Of a DNA stretch of 64,000 bases, positions 55,088 to 62,799 are shown in pieces (within the stretch, counting starts at the first letter, position 1; the number at the start of each line of letters is the position of its first letter). This DNA is from Clostridia bacterium (GTDB taxonomy: Bacteria; Bacillota; Clostridia; Christensenellales; Aristaeellaceae). The stretch lies in NCBI GenBank assembly GCA_017470945.1, contig JAFUXH010000100.1:1084-65083 (forward strand), in the 5' to 3' direction. Below the pieces are notes generated by a model. The model did no database searches and was not told where the DNA came from. It was given only the letters and a program-made list of their open reading frames with translations. A program made the translations under genes and the position numbers.

Positions 55088-55122
55088 ATCCCCGCCGCCC
55101 GATGAAGGGCAGCGGGGATCAT
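55088..55122. repeat. 35-nt GC hairpin, copy 2
   Basis: atccccgccgcccgatgaagggcagcggggatcat, 12 nt below the stop of the 98-aa membrane protein gene. No T-run on the minus strand. Confidence 0.7.
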
Positions 55123-55133
55123 TTATTGTGTGA

Positions 55134-55430
55134 TTATGCGTTCTTCTTTTCTTGTTCGCGCTCCACATATGCTTTTGCGGCCAGATTGGCAGCAATGACG
55201 CTATTTTCAGCAGCTTCGCCAATGGCATATAATACAAGTGAACCAAGCCATGAGAGCAAAGGACCGATGATTGCAATTAAAATCCCCGAAACAATATATA
55301 TCTCGCCGTCACGATACATATTAGCTCCACTCACAATCATCGCAATACCGCCAATGATAGAAGCGATAATCCCCAGCCAGCAGAGCACCTTTGCCAAAGT
55401 CTTACATTTTCCACCAATATTATCAAACAT
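55134..55430 (-). CDS. small membrane protein (2-3 transmembrane segments), unknown function
   Basis: 98 aa. Hydrophobic core plus a charged C-terminal tail. The RBS AAGGAGGG lies inside the end of the upstream gene. Confidence 0.6.
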   Translation of the reverse strand: MFDNIGGKCKTLAKVLCWLGIIASIIGGIAMIVSGANMYRDGEIYIVSGILIAIIGPLLSWLGSLVLYAIGEAAENSVIAANLAAKAYVEREQEKKNA

Positions 55431-56069
55431 TTACTTACCCTCCTTCATTTTCCTCTTGTACTCATCCAAATACGAAAAGTCGCTGCTGTTTTCTTGTTTC
55501 AATTTTTTCTCTCGATTTGCAGGTGCAAACCATATCGCACATGCGATATAGAGAAGAATTGTGCCAATAGTATTTATGACATAATAAGAGCCTACACTAG
55601 AGCCTACCCTGGAGATGGTGATGATGGATAAAAGAGAAAAAATTACCGTGTATATAGCGTAGATAATTGCCACAACAGACCATATCACACTATTATGAGT
55701 CTTATTCAAGATAATAAAGAGAAATGGCAATATCGATGATATAATCGATATTAAACTAAATACAAGACTAAATACATCAATAACATAATTCAAACGTGAA
55801 ATAATTGATCCAGCAAAAGGAATAATTGCCAAGCAGCAAGCAATCACTTTCTTGCCAGCCTTATCAAACAAATACGACAACAACCACCAAAGCCCTGTTA
55901 AACCGACGATGTTGCCAAAGAGCATTTGAACGGTTATTGATATTTGTGCCCTGCTGTATTCAATTATCGACCATACAAAACAAGCCAATTCAAAAATAAT
56001 AGTCGCTATAAATAAAACCAGCACGGTTTTATTCTTTTTTTGAAGTGCTCCTTGTGTTTTCATTTCCAT
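55431..56069 (-). CDS. polytopic membrane protein (~6 transmembrane segments), unknown function, very AT-rich
   Basis: 212 aa from MEMKTQG behind GGGGTGA. Hand-counted 60-nt lines give 22-45% G+C. Confidence 0.6.
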   Translation of the reverse strand: MEMKTQGALQKKNKTVLVLFIATIIFELACFVWSIIEYSRAQISITVQMLFGNIVGLTGLWWLLSYLFDKAGKKVIACCLAIIPFAGSIISRLNYVIDVFSLVFSLISIISSILPFLFIILNKTHNSVIWSVVAIIYAIYTVIFSLLSIITISRVGSSVGSYYVINTIGTILLYIACAIWFAPANREKKLKQENSSDFSYLDEYKRKMKEGK

Positions 56070-56127
56070 GCTATCACCCCTTCGCAGATTTGAGGCGGTC
56101 ACGGTTTCCCGCAACCGCCGCTTTTCG

Positions 56128-56313
56128 TCATACTTGCCGCACAACCTCTTTGAACGTATGCTTTACAATGGGCGGCGTGCCTTGCAGCTTGATGTACCGG
56201 GCGACGGTCTGCGCGGAACGCCCCACGATACGGGCCACAGCGGCGTAAGTGCCGTATTGATTGTAAAGCTGATTCATCCAAATGATTTCTTCGGCTGTCA
56301 CACGCCTTGCCAT
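56128..56313 (-). CDS. small helix-turn-helix protein
   Basis: 61 aa. YAAVARIVGRSAQTVARYI looks like an HTH. Confidence 0.55.
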   Translation of the reverse strand: MARRVTAEEIIWMNQLYNQYGTYAAVARIVGRSAQTVARYIKLQGTPPIVKHTFKEVVRQV

Positions 56314-56315
56314 GG

Positions 56316-56609
56316 TTATTTGCCCTGGGGTTGGCCGTTCTGGCCGTTATTCTGAGGCTGATTGTTATTTGTCGGCGGCACGGGCGGCACCTTTGCCGCG
56401 TTTCGATTGGGCTTCACGCCGGTTTTCAGCTGCGTGTCAGAATGGGCCATAGCATAATCCCAGCATTCTTTCAGATAGCCGCTAAAGGTTTTCTCTTTAG
56501 CATTTTCACCGCCGCATTCCTTAATCATGCGGTTGATCTCGGCCAGCTTGTCGGTGTAGTTGTAAGGAACGGTGATGGTTTTCTTGTCGGTGTCCAGAAC
56601 GATCTTCAT
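56316..56609 (-). CDS. hypothetical protein with Asn/Gln/Pro-rich tail
   Basis: 97 aa from MKIVLDTDKK behind GGGAGA. 2-nt gap to the next gene. Confidence 0.5.
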   Translation of the reverse strand: MKIVLDTDKKTITVPYNYTDKLAEINRMIKECGGENAKEKTFSGYLKECWDYAMAHSDTQLKTGVKPNRNAAKVPPVPPTNNNQPQNNGQNGQPQGK

Positions 56610-56635
56610 GTGTTTTTCTCCCTTCATTTTGTCGG

Positions 56636-56920
56636 TCAGTAGCTTTCGCTTTCCACACCCAGGCACAAATCCTGCGCATCGAACAGGAGGGAAATGCTGT
56701 ACCCGTCCTCTTGCCAGGTGCGCAGCGTGCGCCCGTCTGTCCGCTGGATGATCTTGTGTGCCGCACCCATTTCATCCACGATCTCCCGATAGGTTTTTCC
56801 ACGAAATACGGCGGCTTTTTTCGCCCGTGCTTGCAGGGACGGCTTGCGGCGCTTCATCCACTCCGCAAACAGAATCCCCGCCAGAAACGCGGCGGCAATC
56901 CAGCCCAAGTAAATCAGCAT
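56636..56920 (-). CDS. hypothetical N-terminally anchored small protein
   Basis: 94 aa. N-terminal transmembrane segment LIYLGWIAAAFLAGILFAEW. Confidence 0.5.
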   Translation of the reverse strand: MLIYLGWIAAAFLAGILFAEWMKRRKPSLQARAKKAAVFRGKTYREIVDEMGAAHKIIQRTDGRTLRTWQEDGYSISLLFDAQDLCLGVESESY

Positions 56921-57081
56921 TACACCTCCCCGCTTTCGATTGACATTCCTTGCGCCCGTGCGCTTTGCCTGGAAATATCGTAAGGGAGATCAGGCCAAAA
57001 GTCACGTCGCAAAACGCGACAATCGCGTCAAGAAATGCGACATTGCATGTTTTTTCCTGTTTTTTCGTGAAAAGGACATAT

Positions 57082-57102
57082 AAAAAAGCCCCTGGCGGGG
57101 CT
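57082..57102 (-). terminator. intrinsic terminator of the XRE-TM gene
   Basis: Stem agcccc/ggggct. The A6 on the plus strand gives a T-run on the minus strand. Confidence 0.6.
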
Positions 57103-57116
57103 TGAAAGCGAAGGAG

Positions 57117-57857
57117 TTATTCCTGCGGCTTTTCCTGGGATAATGTGACCGTCGTCGTTTCTTTTATTTCATGTCCGTTTGCATCCGTGCCTTGCAGCTG
57201 CAATTTCACGCTGGTAAACAGGGGATAGCTTGCGCCCCAGTTGATATAAACGGGCGCAGGATCGGCGCTGGTAATGGTATCGCCATACATGCAGCCGCGT
57301 AGGAATGCATAATCCAAATCCATGTTGCCTGCTACGCTATCATCCTTATAGTACAGCATCGTTGCCTTTTCCGGCTTAAAGGGAATGTCGCTTGTGTTCG
57401 TAATGACAAACGAAAACTCCCAGCCCAGGCCCTCATCCTCAAAATCAGGATCGGCAATCATGGGCGCGGGATCATACAATGCGGTTAAAGTGACCTCGGC
57501 TGTTTTGCTCATTTTCGCGTTATGGGAAACAAGCAAAACAACAGCTACGGCGATAATCGCCAGCAGGGCGGCGCACAGGCCGATGATCTTCTTTTTCTGC
57601 GGCTTGCGTGACGGTGCGGTTTCCTGGGTGGAAGGGTCGGGATCGGCGGGCGTTTCCTGGGGATCGGCTTTGCCGATCAGAAAATCAACATGCAGCACCT
57701 GGCCCAAGAGGCGCATCGTATCAAGATCGGGCTCCGTGCGGCCATGCTCCCAATTTGAGATCGTGTTCCTCGCAACGTGAACGGCGGCGGATAATTCTTC
57801 CTGGGTCATGTTTGCGGCCTTCCGGGCGGCGGATAGTTGTTCGGCAAATGTCGCCAT
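57117..57857 (-). CDS. membrane-tethered XRE-family HTH regulator with extracytoplasmic domain
   Basis: 246 aa from MATFAEQL behind AAGGAGGA. HTH MTQEELSAAVHVARNTISNWEHG, Pro-rich linker, transmembrane segment IIGLCAALLAIIAVAVVLLV, ~125-aa C-terminal domain. Confidence 0.75.
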   Translation of the reverse strand: MATFAEQLSAARKAANMTQEELSAAVHVARNTISNWEHGRTEPDLDTMRLLGQVLHVDFLIGKADPQETPADPDPSTQETAPSRKPQKKKIIGLCAALLAIIAVAVVLLVSHNAKMSKTAEVTLTALYDPAPMIADPDFEDEGLGWEFSFVITNTSDIPFKPEKATMLYYKDDSVAGNMDLDYAFLRGCMYGDTITSADPAPVYINWGASYPLFTSVKLQLQGTDANGHEIKETTTVTLSQEKPQE

Positions 57858-57960
57858 GCTGTGATCTTCCTCCTTGTCGTAGAAAACAGGAATATTATAC
57901 TGGAAACAGGGCGTTTTTTCAAGAAAAAATGTCGAAAAAGCCAGCTTTTTCAAGGGTTTC

Positions 57961-58030
57961 CCGCATTTGCGTGCATTTGCATGTAAATGCGCTGCATTGT
58001 CGTGTAATTGCATGTATTTGCGCTGCATTT
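57961..58030. promoter_or_regulatory. iteron/operator-like direct repeats
   Basis: 22-mers ttgcatgtaaatgcgctgcatt (57977-57998) and ttgcatgtatttgcgctgcatt (58008-58029), 31 nt apart. Additional gcatttgc copies at 57963, 57973 and ~58171. Confidence 0.55.
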
Positions 58031-58318
58031 ACATAGCAATAGCAAGCAATTTCAGAGGAAAAAGCGGGGAATTGAGCAAAAACCAGCTCGTTCTTTTCCT
58101 TATCGTCTGTAATCGTCATGTAAATTTAAGAATTTTCCAGCGATTGCATGTTGTTGCACGGCAATCATGCGCATTTGCGGCGCGGCGCAATGCGTATTCA
58201 TTTGAAAAACATAAAAATAAATGATATGATAAATACAGAAGATGAGGGAAAAGGAAAATCCCATACTTCATAAAAAAATGAATCGCGCTGTACGGCGCGT
58301 AGAAAGGTTTATTTGCTT

Positions 58319-59056
58319 ATGCCTGAAACAGTTTCCAATCAAAAGGTGATCCACGTTCACAAGCCCACCTACACGGGCAATTTCTTGCAGATCGGCAATG
58401 AAGAATGGCAGGCGGTCAGCACCGATAAGAAGAATCTGGGCCGCACGGCGCTGCAACTGTATTTGTATCTGGCCGCCAACGCAAACGGCTATCAATTCGC
58501 CCTGTCACAGCAGGCGGTAGAAAACGCCGTGGGGATCGGACGCACCAGCTACGACAAGTATCTGAAACGGTTAGAGGATATGGGCTACATCGTGTGGCGG
58601 CATGGCAATGTGTATGATTTTTACACAACGCCCCGCCCGGCGAATGAACGCACCCAGCATTACAAGGATAAAGCCGCTGATGATGAAGCATTGAACTTTG
58701 ACGATGATTGTTTCGCGGAAAAACAGGATGTTCCCGCCGCGCGAAATGAACTGCCGCCCCGCGAACATGATTTCCCGCAAAGCGGCAAAACCCTGCCGCC
58801 CTGCAATAGAGAAATAGATAATAGATACGGGATAGATAACGGAGAAATAGATCATACAGATAGCGGAACGCTGCGCGTCCCGCCGCCCGCCGCTGACGCG
58901 GCAGGCGCATCAAGAGGAAAAGTTGTTGAAATCCGCATCCCCAACCCTTTGCTGCCAGAACGGCGTAAGCCGATTGAAAAGCCAAAGCCCTTTGCGTTCA
59001 TGGATGATGATTTCATCAACAGAACTGATCCAGCAACCGGGGAATACGTTTTCTGA
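58319..59056 (+). CDS. winged-helix replication-initiator/replisome-organizer-like protein
   Basis: About 245 aa. The N-terminal ~100 aa (ALQLYLYLAANANGYQFALSQQAVENAVGIGRTSYDKYLKRLEDMGYIV) is wHTH-like. The C-terminal half is low complexity. Confidence 0.5.
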   Translation: MPETVSNQKVIHVHKPTYTGNFLQIGNEEWQAVSTDKKNLGRTALQLYLYLAANANGYQFALSQQAVENAVGIGRTSYDKYLKRLEDMGYIVWRHGNVYDFYTTPRPANERTQHYKDKAADDEALNFDDDCFAEKQDVPAARNELPPREHDFPQSGKTLPPCNREIDNRYGIDNGEIDHTDSGTLRVPPPAADAAGASRGKVVEIRIPNPLLPERRKPIEKPKPFAFMDDDFINRTDPATGEYVF

Positions 59057-59115
59057 CGGCGCAAGCCGTCTTGCGAACGGCGCACAGCTTCTTTTCTCTT
59101 GCTCCCGCGCTGTTT

Positions 59116-59157
59116 CTTTGCTCTTGCTATGGTAGCGCCGTGAGAGCAAGAGCAAAG
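59116..59157. other. 13-bp perfect-stem hairpin (candidate oriT/ssi or terminator)
   Basis: ctttgctcttgct - 16-nt loop - agcaagagcaaag. An extra ctcttgct direct copy lies just upstream. No T-run follows. Confidence 0.5.
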
Positions 59158-59241
59158 GAAAATCACTTGTGCCGGACATTCGCCCACAAACAAGAAAAAC
59201 GGGGCGTTTCATGCCAAATCCAGCACAAAACGCCCCGATCC

Positions 59242-59556
59242 TCATTTGCCGCCGTTCAAACCCTTTGCGATAGCCGCCGCTATCTCTTTGCCTACCTTTG
59301 ATCCTTCATCCGTCATGCCTTTTGCTATGGCTTGACGCGCTTCCTGCATTTGTTCAGCAAACGCTTCCTTTTCCGCCTGCTCAATTTCGCCGTCCAACTG
59401 CTCCAATAATGATCTGCGCCGATCCTCATACTGTTTTCTTGATAGATCGTTCTATTGCGCCTGCTTACCGTATAATTTGCTTTCCCGATACTCCATGCGG
59501 CGAAGAACGCTTTGTTTATTGCGCAGATTGTTCAGCTTGTCCATTGCTTTCCCCAT
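59242..59556 (-). pseudogene. coiled-coil ORF interrupted by an in-frame TAG
   Basis: MGKAMDKLNNLRNKQSVLRRMEYRESKLYGKQAQ, TAG (59454-59452), then NDLSRKQYEDRRRSLLEQLDGEIEQAEKEAF...GLNGGK*. Followed by a terminator hairpin at ~59190-59236. Confidence 0.35.
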
Positions 59557-59701
59557 GTTCAGATCCCCCTTCCGTTTCGCGGCCTATAAGCCGTCTGATA
59601 ACGCCTGACATTGTGTTGTAGGTTTCCTGCGCCATGCTTTGCAAAGCCTCGTATTCGGCCCGCGAAAGCCGCACAGACACGGTAATAAACTGTCGATCCA
59701 T
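59516..59701 (-). CDS. ribbon-helix-helix protein (MobC/CopG-like)
   Basis: 61 aa. ITVSVRLSRAEYEALQSMAQETYNTMSGVIRRLI. Confidence 0.6.
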   Translation of the reverse strand: MDRQFITVSVRLSRAEYEALQSMAQETYNTMSGVIRRLIGRETEGGSEHGESNGQAEQSAQ

Positions 59702-60102
59702 AAGACACCAGCTTTCTCTTTATTCATTCACTATTGATGAAAATGCAGGAAAATACATTGTTTGCTCTTGTCCGAAATTTTTTGCATCCGTCTCCCGTTT
59801 GCCGAAAACCGCACAGCATTTCAAAATTTTGCAGGCCACGCAAAAGGAAAAGCGGCCTACAAAAAAGTTTTTCTCCCGAAAGCGGCCCCGGGGGATGGGG
59901 ATTTATCAGCAGATGTTCGCCGGGCCGCCGAGGATCGCGGCGGCCCGTATTTGTCAAGTAAAATTTGCATGGGAATTTTCTGCATCGCTGCATAAATATA
60001 CATTTTCGCATACATAATCCCGTAAGTGCATAGCCCCGCCGCCCAAAAGCAGAACACGGGGCCGCCATGCGACCCCGCCACGCAAACCCCTTCTGGCTAT
60101 GC

Positions 60103-60345
60103 TCATTCGTCTTGCTTCTGGTCTGGTATGTGCTGGATGAAATCACCCGGCTGGCAATTCAGCGCCGTGCAAATCTTATCCAAGACACCAACGGGCAATT
60201 CCTTAATTGTATTCGTGCAGATTGCGGAAATTGTCGGCGGCCTGATCCCCGTCTTTTCTGATAAATCTTTTTGATTCATGTCATTCATTGCTAATAACAC
60301 CTTCAAGCGGAATTTAATCACGCTGTCACCTTCTTTCTGTTGCAA
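60103..60345 (-). CDS. XRE/Cro-CI-family HTH repressor
   Basis: FRLKVLLAMNDMNQKDLSEKTGIRPPTISAI. Alternative GTG start at 60321 behind GAAGGTGA. Confidence 0.85.
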   Translation of the reverse strand: MQQKEGDSVIKFRLKVLLAMNDMNQKDLSEKTGIRPPTISAICTNTIKELPVGVLDKICTALNCQPGDFIQHIPDQKQDE

Positions 60346-60446
60346 TTATACCACCACAAGACTGATTTTTCAATACGCTTTGCGGAAATTCGTATCGCAA
60401 GCAATAAAATAATACCGTGAAACAAGAAAGAGTTTACGTAAAACTA

Positions 60447-60475
60447 TTGACAAATTACGCAAGGCGTGTTATAAT
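60447..60475 (+). promoter_or_regulatory. consensus promoter TTGACA, 17-nt spacer, TATAAT
   Basis: Perfect hexamers with 17-nt spacer. Divergent from the XRE gene. Drives the 60614-62751 genes. Confidence 0.7.
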
Positions 60476-60613
60476 AACTACTGTAAGGATGAGGGAAGCA
60501 AGACAATGCTTCACCAAATCGCCGGGGCCGTCCCTGTGAGCCAACTTAAAGGCGGCGGCAATAGTCACGCAAGGCCCCGCGACTTCATCAAAAAAGCGAA
60601 GGGAGCAAACACC

Positions 60614-60889
60614 ATGAGCAGCAAAGACATTGAGAGCAGGGCCCACGAACTCCAAGAATTGAAGCGGATGAAGGAAGAACTGGAAGCGGAAATCACTTCG
60701 CTGGAAGATGAAATTAAAGCCGAAATGACCGCCCGCGAAACGGACAGCATCACGGCAGGCGCTTACAAGATCAAGTGGACGGTTTACGAAAGCGCACGAT
60801 TCGACAGCGCCAGATTCAAGAAGGATCATGCGGAATTGGCCGCACAGTACACCAAGACCATGACCGCCCGCCGCTTCTCCATCAACTAA
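60614..60889 (+). CDS. hypothetical coiled-coil protein
   Basis: 91 aa from MSSKDIESRAHELQELKRMKEELEAEI behind AAGGGAG. Track ORF trimmed. Confidence 0.55.
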   Translation: MSSKDIESRAHELQELKRMKEELEAEITSLEDEIKAEMTARETDSITAGAYKIKWTVYESARFDSARFKKDHAELAAQYTKTMTARRFSIN

Positions 60890-61012
60890 AAGGGCCGAAC
60901 GCTTTGCAGAGCGTCCAGCCCACGCCCCACCAAGTAACCACGACGAAACCGGGGAGCATGGATATTATAACAGATACCATGCTCCCCGCGCAAGACGATG
61001 GGAGCAAAGAAA

Positions 61013-61840
61013 ATGAATATCTATGAAGAAGTTACACAGCGCATTATTTCACAGATGGAGCAGGGCGTCATTCCGTGGCGCAAACCGTGGGCCGCAACAG
61101 GAAAAGCAATCAGCAGGGCAACGGGCAAGCCTTATTCCCTCTTGAATCAAATGCTGTTAGCGAAACCCGGCGAATATGTCACGTTTTCCGAATGCCACAA
61201 GGCGGGCGGCTATGTCCGCAAGGGCGAAAAATCACAGATCGTGGTTTTCTGGAAATGGATCGACAAAGAGGATGAAGAAACCGGCGAAATCCAGCAAATC
61301 CCCTTCCTTCGGTATTACAATGTTTTTCACGTCGATCAATGCGAAGGGATTTCCGCACAGCACACGGCAGACCTCCCCGTGAATCCCGCAACAGCAGACG
61401 AAACCGCCGAAAGCATCATTGCAGACTATGTTCAGCGCGAAGGGGTGAAGCTGGAACACCACGAAGGGGATGCCGCATATTATCAGCCCGCCGCAGACCG
61501 CATTGTGCTTCCACTCTTGAAGCAATTTACCGAAACCGCCGAATACTACGGCACAGCGTTTCACGAAATGGTACACAGCACAGGCCATATGAAGCGGCTG
61601 GCCCGTCTGGACACAACGGCGAACTTTGGCGGAGAGGAATACAGCAAGGAAGAACTGATTGCGGAGATCGGGGCGGCGGCCCTTGTAAACTTCTGCAAGC
61701 TGGAAACGCCCGCCAGCTTCACCAACAGCACAGCGTATATTCAAAACTGGCTGCAAGTGCTGAAAAGTGACAAACGCTTTATCGTTTCGGCCAGCGGCAA
61801 GGCAGAAAAAGCTGTGAACTTGATCCTTGCGGGGCGCTAA
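61013..61840 (+). CDS. ardC: ArdC-like antirestriction protein (ssDNA-binding N-domain plus zincin metallopeptidase)
   Basis: IPWRKPW (DUF1738-type) and FHEMVHSTGH (HExxH) motifs. Confidence 0.85.
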   Translation: MNIYEEVTQRIISQMEQGVIPWRKPWAATGKAISRATGKPYSLLNQMLLAKPGEYVTFSECHKAGGYVRKGEKSQIVVFWKWIDKEDEETGEIQQIPFLRYYNVFHVDQCEGISAQHTADLPVNPATADETAESIIADYVQREGVKLEHHEGDAAYYQPAADRIVLPLLKQFTETAEYYGTAFHEMVHSTGHMKRLARLDTTANFGGEEYSKEELIAEIGAAALVNFCKLETPASFTNSTAYIQNWLQVLKSDKRFIVSASGKAEKAVNLILAGR

Positions 61841-61867
61841 GCCCCGCAAGGGTAGGGAGGAAAGCGC

Positions 61868-62023
61868 ATGTTTTACATTGTGCGCACTTTTGAAGCTGGC
61901 CGCATCCTCGAACAGGAATTTGATACGCTGGATGAAGCGCGGGATTATATGCAGACCATGACCAACCATGCAGAATTGTATGTTTGGATCGGCGGGGAAG
62001 AAAAATTCATGGAATCTGTGTAG
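61868..62023 (+). CDS. 51-aa hypothetical protein
   Basis: ATG behind GGGAGG. MFYIVRTFEAGRILEQEFDTLDEARDYMQT... Not in the track (under 60 aa). Confidence 0.4.
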   Translation: MFYIVRTFEAGRILEQEFDTLDEARDYMQTMTNHAELYVWIGGEEKFMESV

Positions 62024-62157
62024 CAAAACCATCCGTTATCGTTTTCAGCCGTCAGACGGCGCGGGAACACCGAAAAAACCCGAAAATGTGTAAAAGAAAC
62101 CGGTAAACGAAACGAAATTCCGCGCGGCGGGTTTTCGTTGACAGGAGGAAAAACGCA

Positions 62158-62751
62158 ATGGCAAAGAATTACGGTTACGCCCGCTGTTCCCTGGGCGAAG
62201 AAAAAGGGCAAGACCTCAACCGCCAAATCCGCGAACTGAAAGCGGCAGGCGCAGAGGAAATCATTACGGAGCGCGAACACGGCGACGCGGACAAGCAAAA
62301 TCTGAATCTGCTCTTGAACAGCATGGAAGAAAAATCGACCCTGTATGTATGCGAAGTGTCGCGCCTTGCCCGATCCACAAAAATGCTGTGCGATATTATC
62401 AGCATTATCAAGGAAAAGCATTTGCGGCTTGTGATCCTGGGCAGCATCACCGTGGATTGCAGGGCGGGCGAAATGGACTGCATGTCTGTTGCTTTCCTGC
62501 AAATGGCGGGCGTATTCGCAGAGGTCGAATTGCAAATGACCAGGGCCAGAGTGCGCAGCGGCCTTGCCAATGCCCGCGCAAAAGGAAAGCGCATAGGCCG
62601 CAAGCCCACCACAAAGGACGATATTCCCGCCGCCTTTTACAAGCACTATCCCGCTTTTGCTTCGGGCCAACTGAACGTGTCGGAATTTGCGCGGCTGTGT
62701 GATCTGTCCCGGCCCAGCATCTACAAATACTTGAATCTGGTGGAAAAATAA
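62158..62751 (+). CDS. small serine recombinase (resolvase/invertase family)
   Basis: YGYARCSLGEEKGQDLNRQ (catalytic Ser region), VSRLARS, C-terminal HTH VSEFARLCDLSRPSIYKYL. 197 aa. Confidence 0.85.
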   Translation: MAKNYGYARCSLGEEKGQDLNRQIRELKAAGAEEIITEREHGDADKQNLNLLLNSMEEKSTLYVCEVSRLARSTKMLCDIISIIKEKHLRLVILGSITVDCRAGEMDCMSVAFLQMAGVFAEVELQMTRARVRSGLANARAKGKRIGRKPTTKDDIPAAFYKHYPAFASGQLNVSEFARLCDLSRPSIYKYLNLVEK

Positions 62752-62757
62752 AAATGT

Positions 62758-62792
62758 CGCCCGCCGTCCCATTGTCCGCAGAACGGCGGGCG
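62758..62792. terminator. bidirectional terminator hairpin
   Basis: 10-bp stem cgcccgccgt/acggcgggcg between the convergent recombinase genes. Confidence 0.55.
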
Positions 62793-62799
62793 CATCGTT

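Noticed and set aside
54347-55122. The 35-nt hairpins as integron attC sites, with the toxin-antitoxin pair as an integron cassette.
   Set aside because: No IntI-type integrase or attI is present. The hairpins are shorter than typical attC sites and lack the R/L box organisation as far as I can see. Only one cassette-like unit is present.
59921-59950. GC hairpin gggccgccg-aggatcg-cggcggccc in the 400-nt gap between the RHH and XRE genes, considered as terminator or oriT. Also ORFs 59634..60017 and 59724..60146.
   Set aside because: There is no T-run on either strand and no adjacent gene end. The overlapping ORFs lack RBSs and are mutually antisense. The region is left unassigned rather than annotated.
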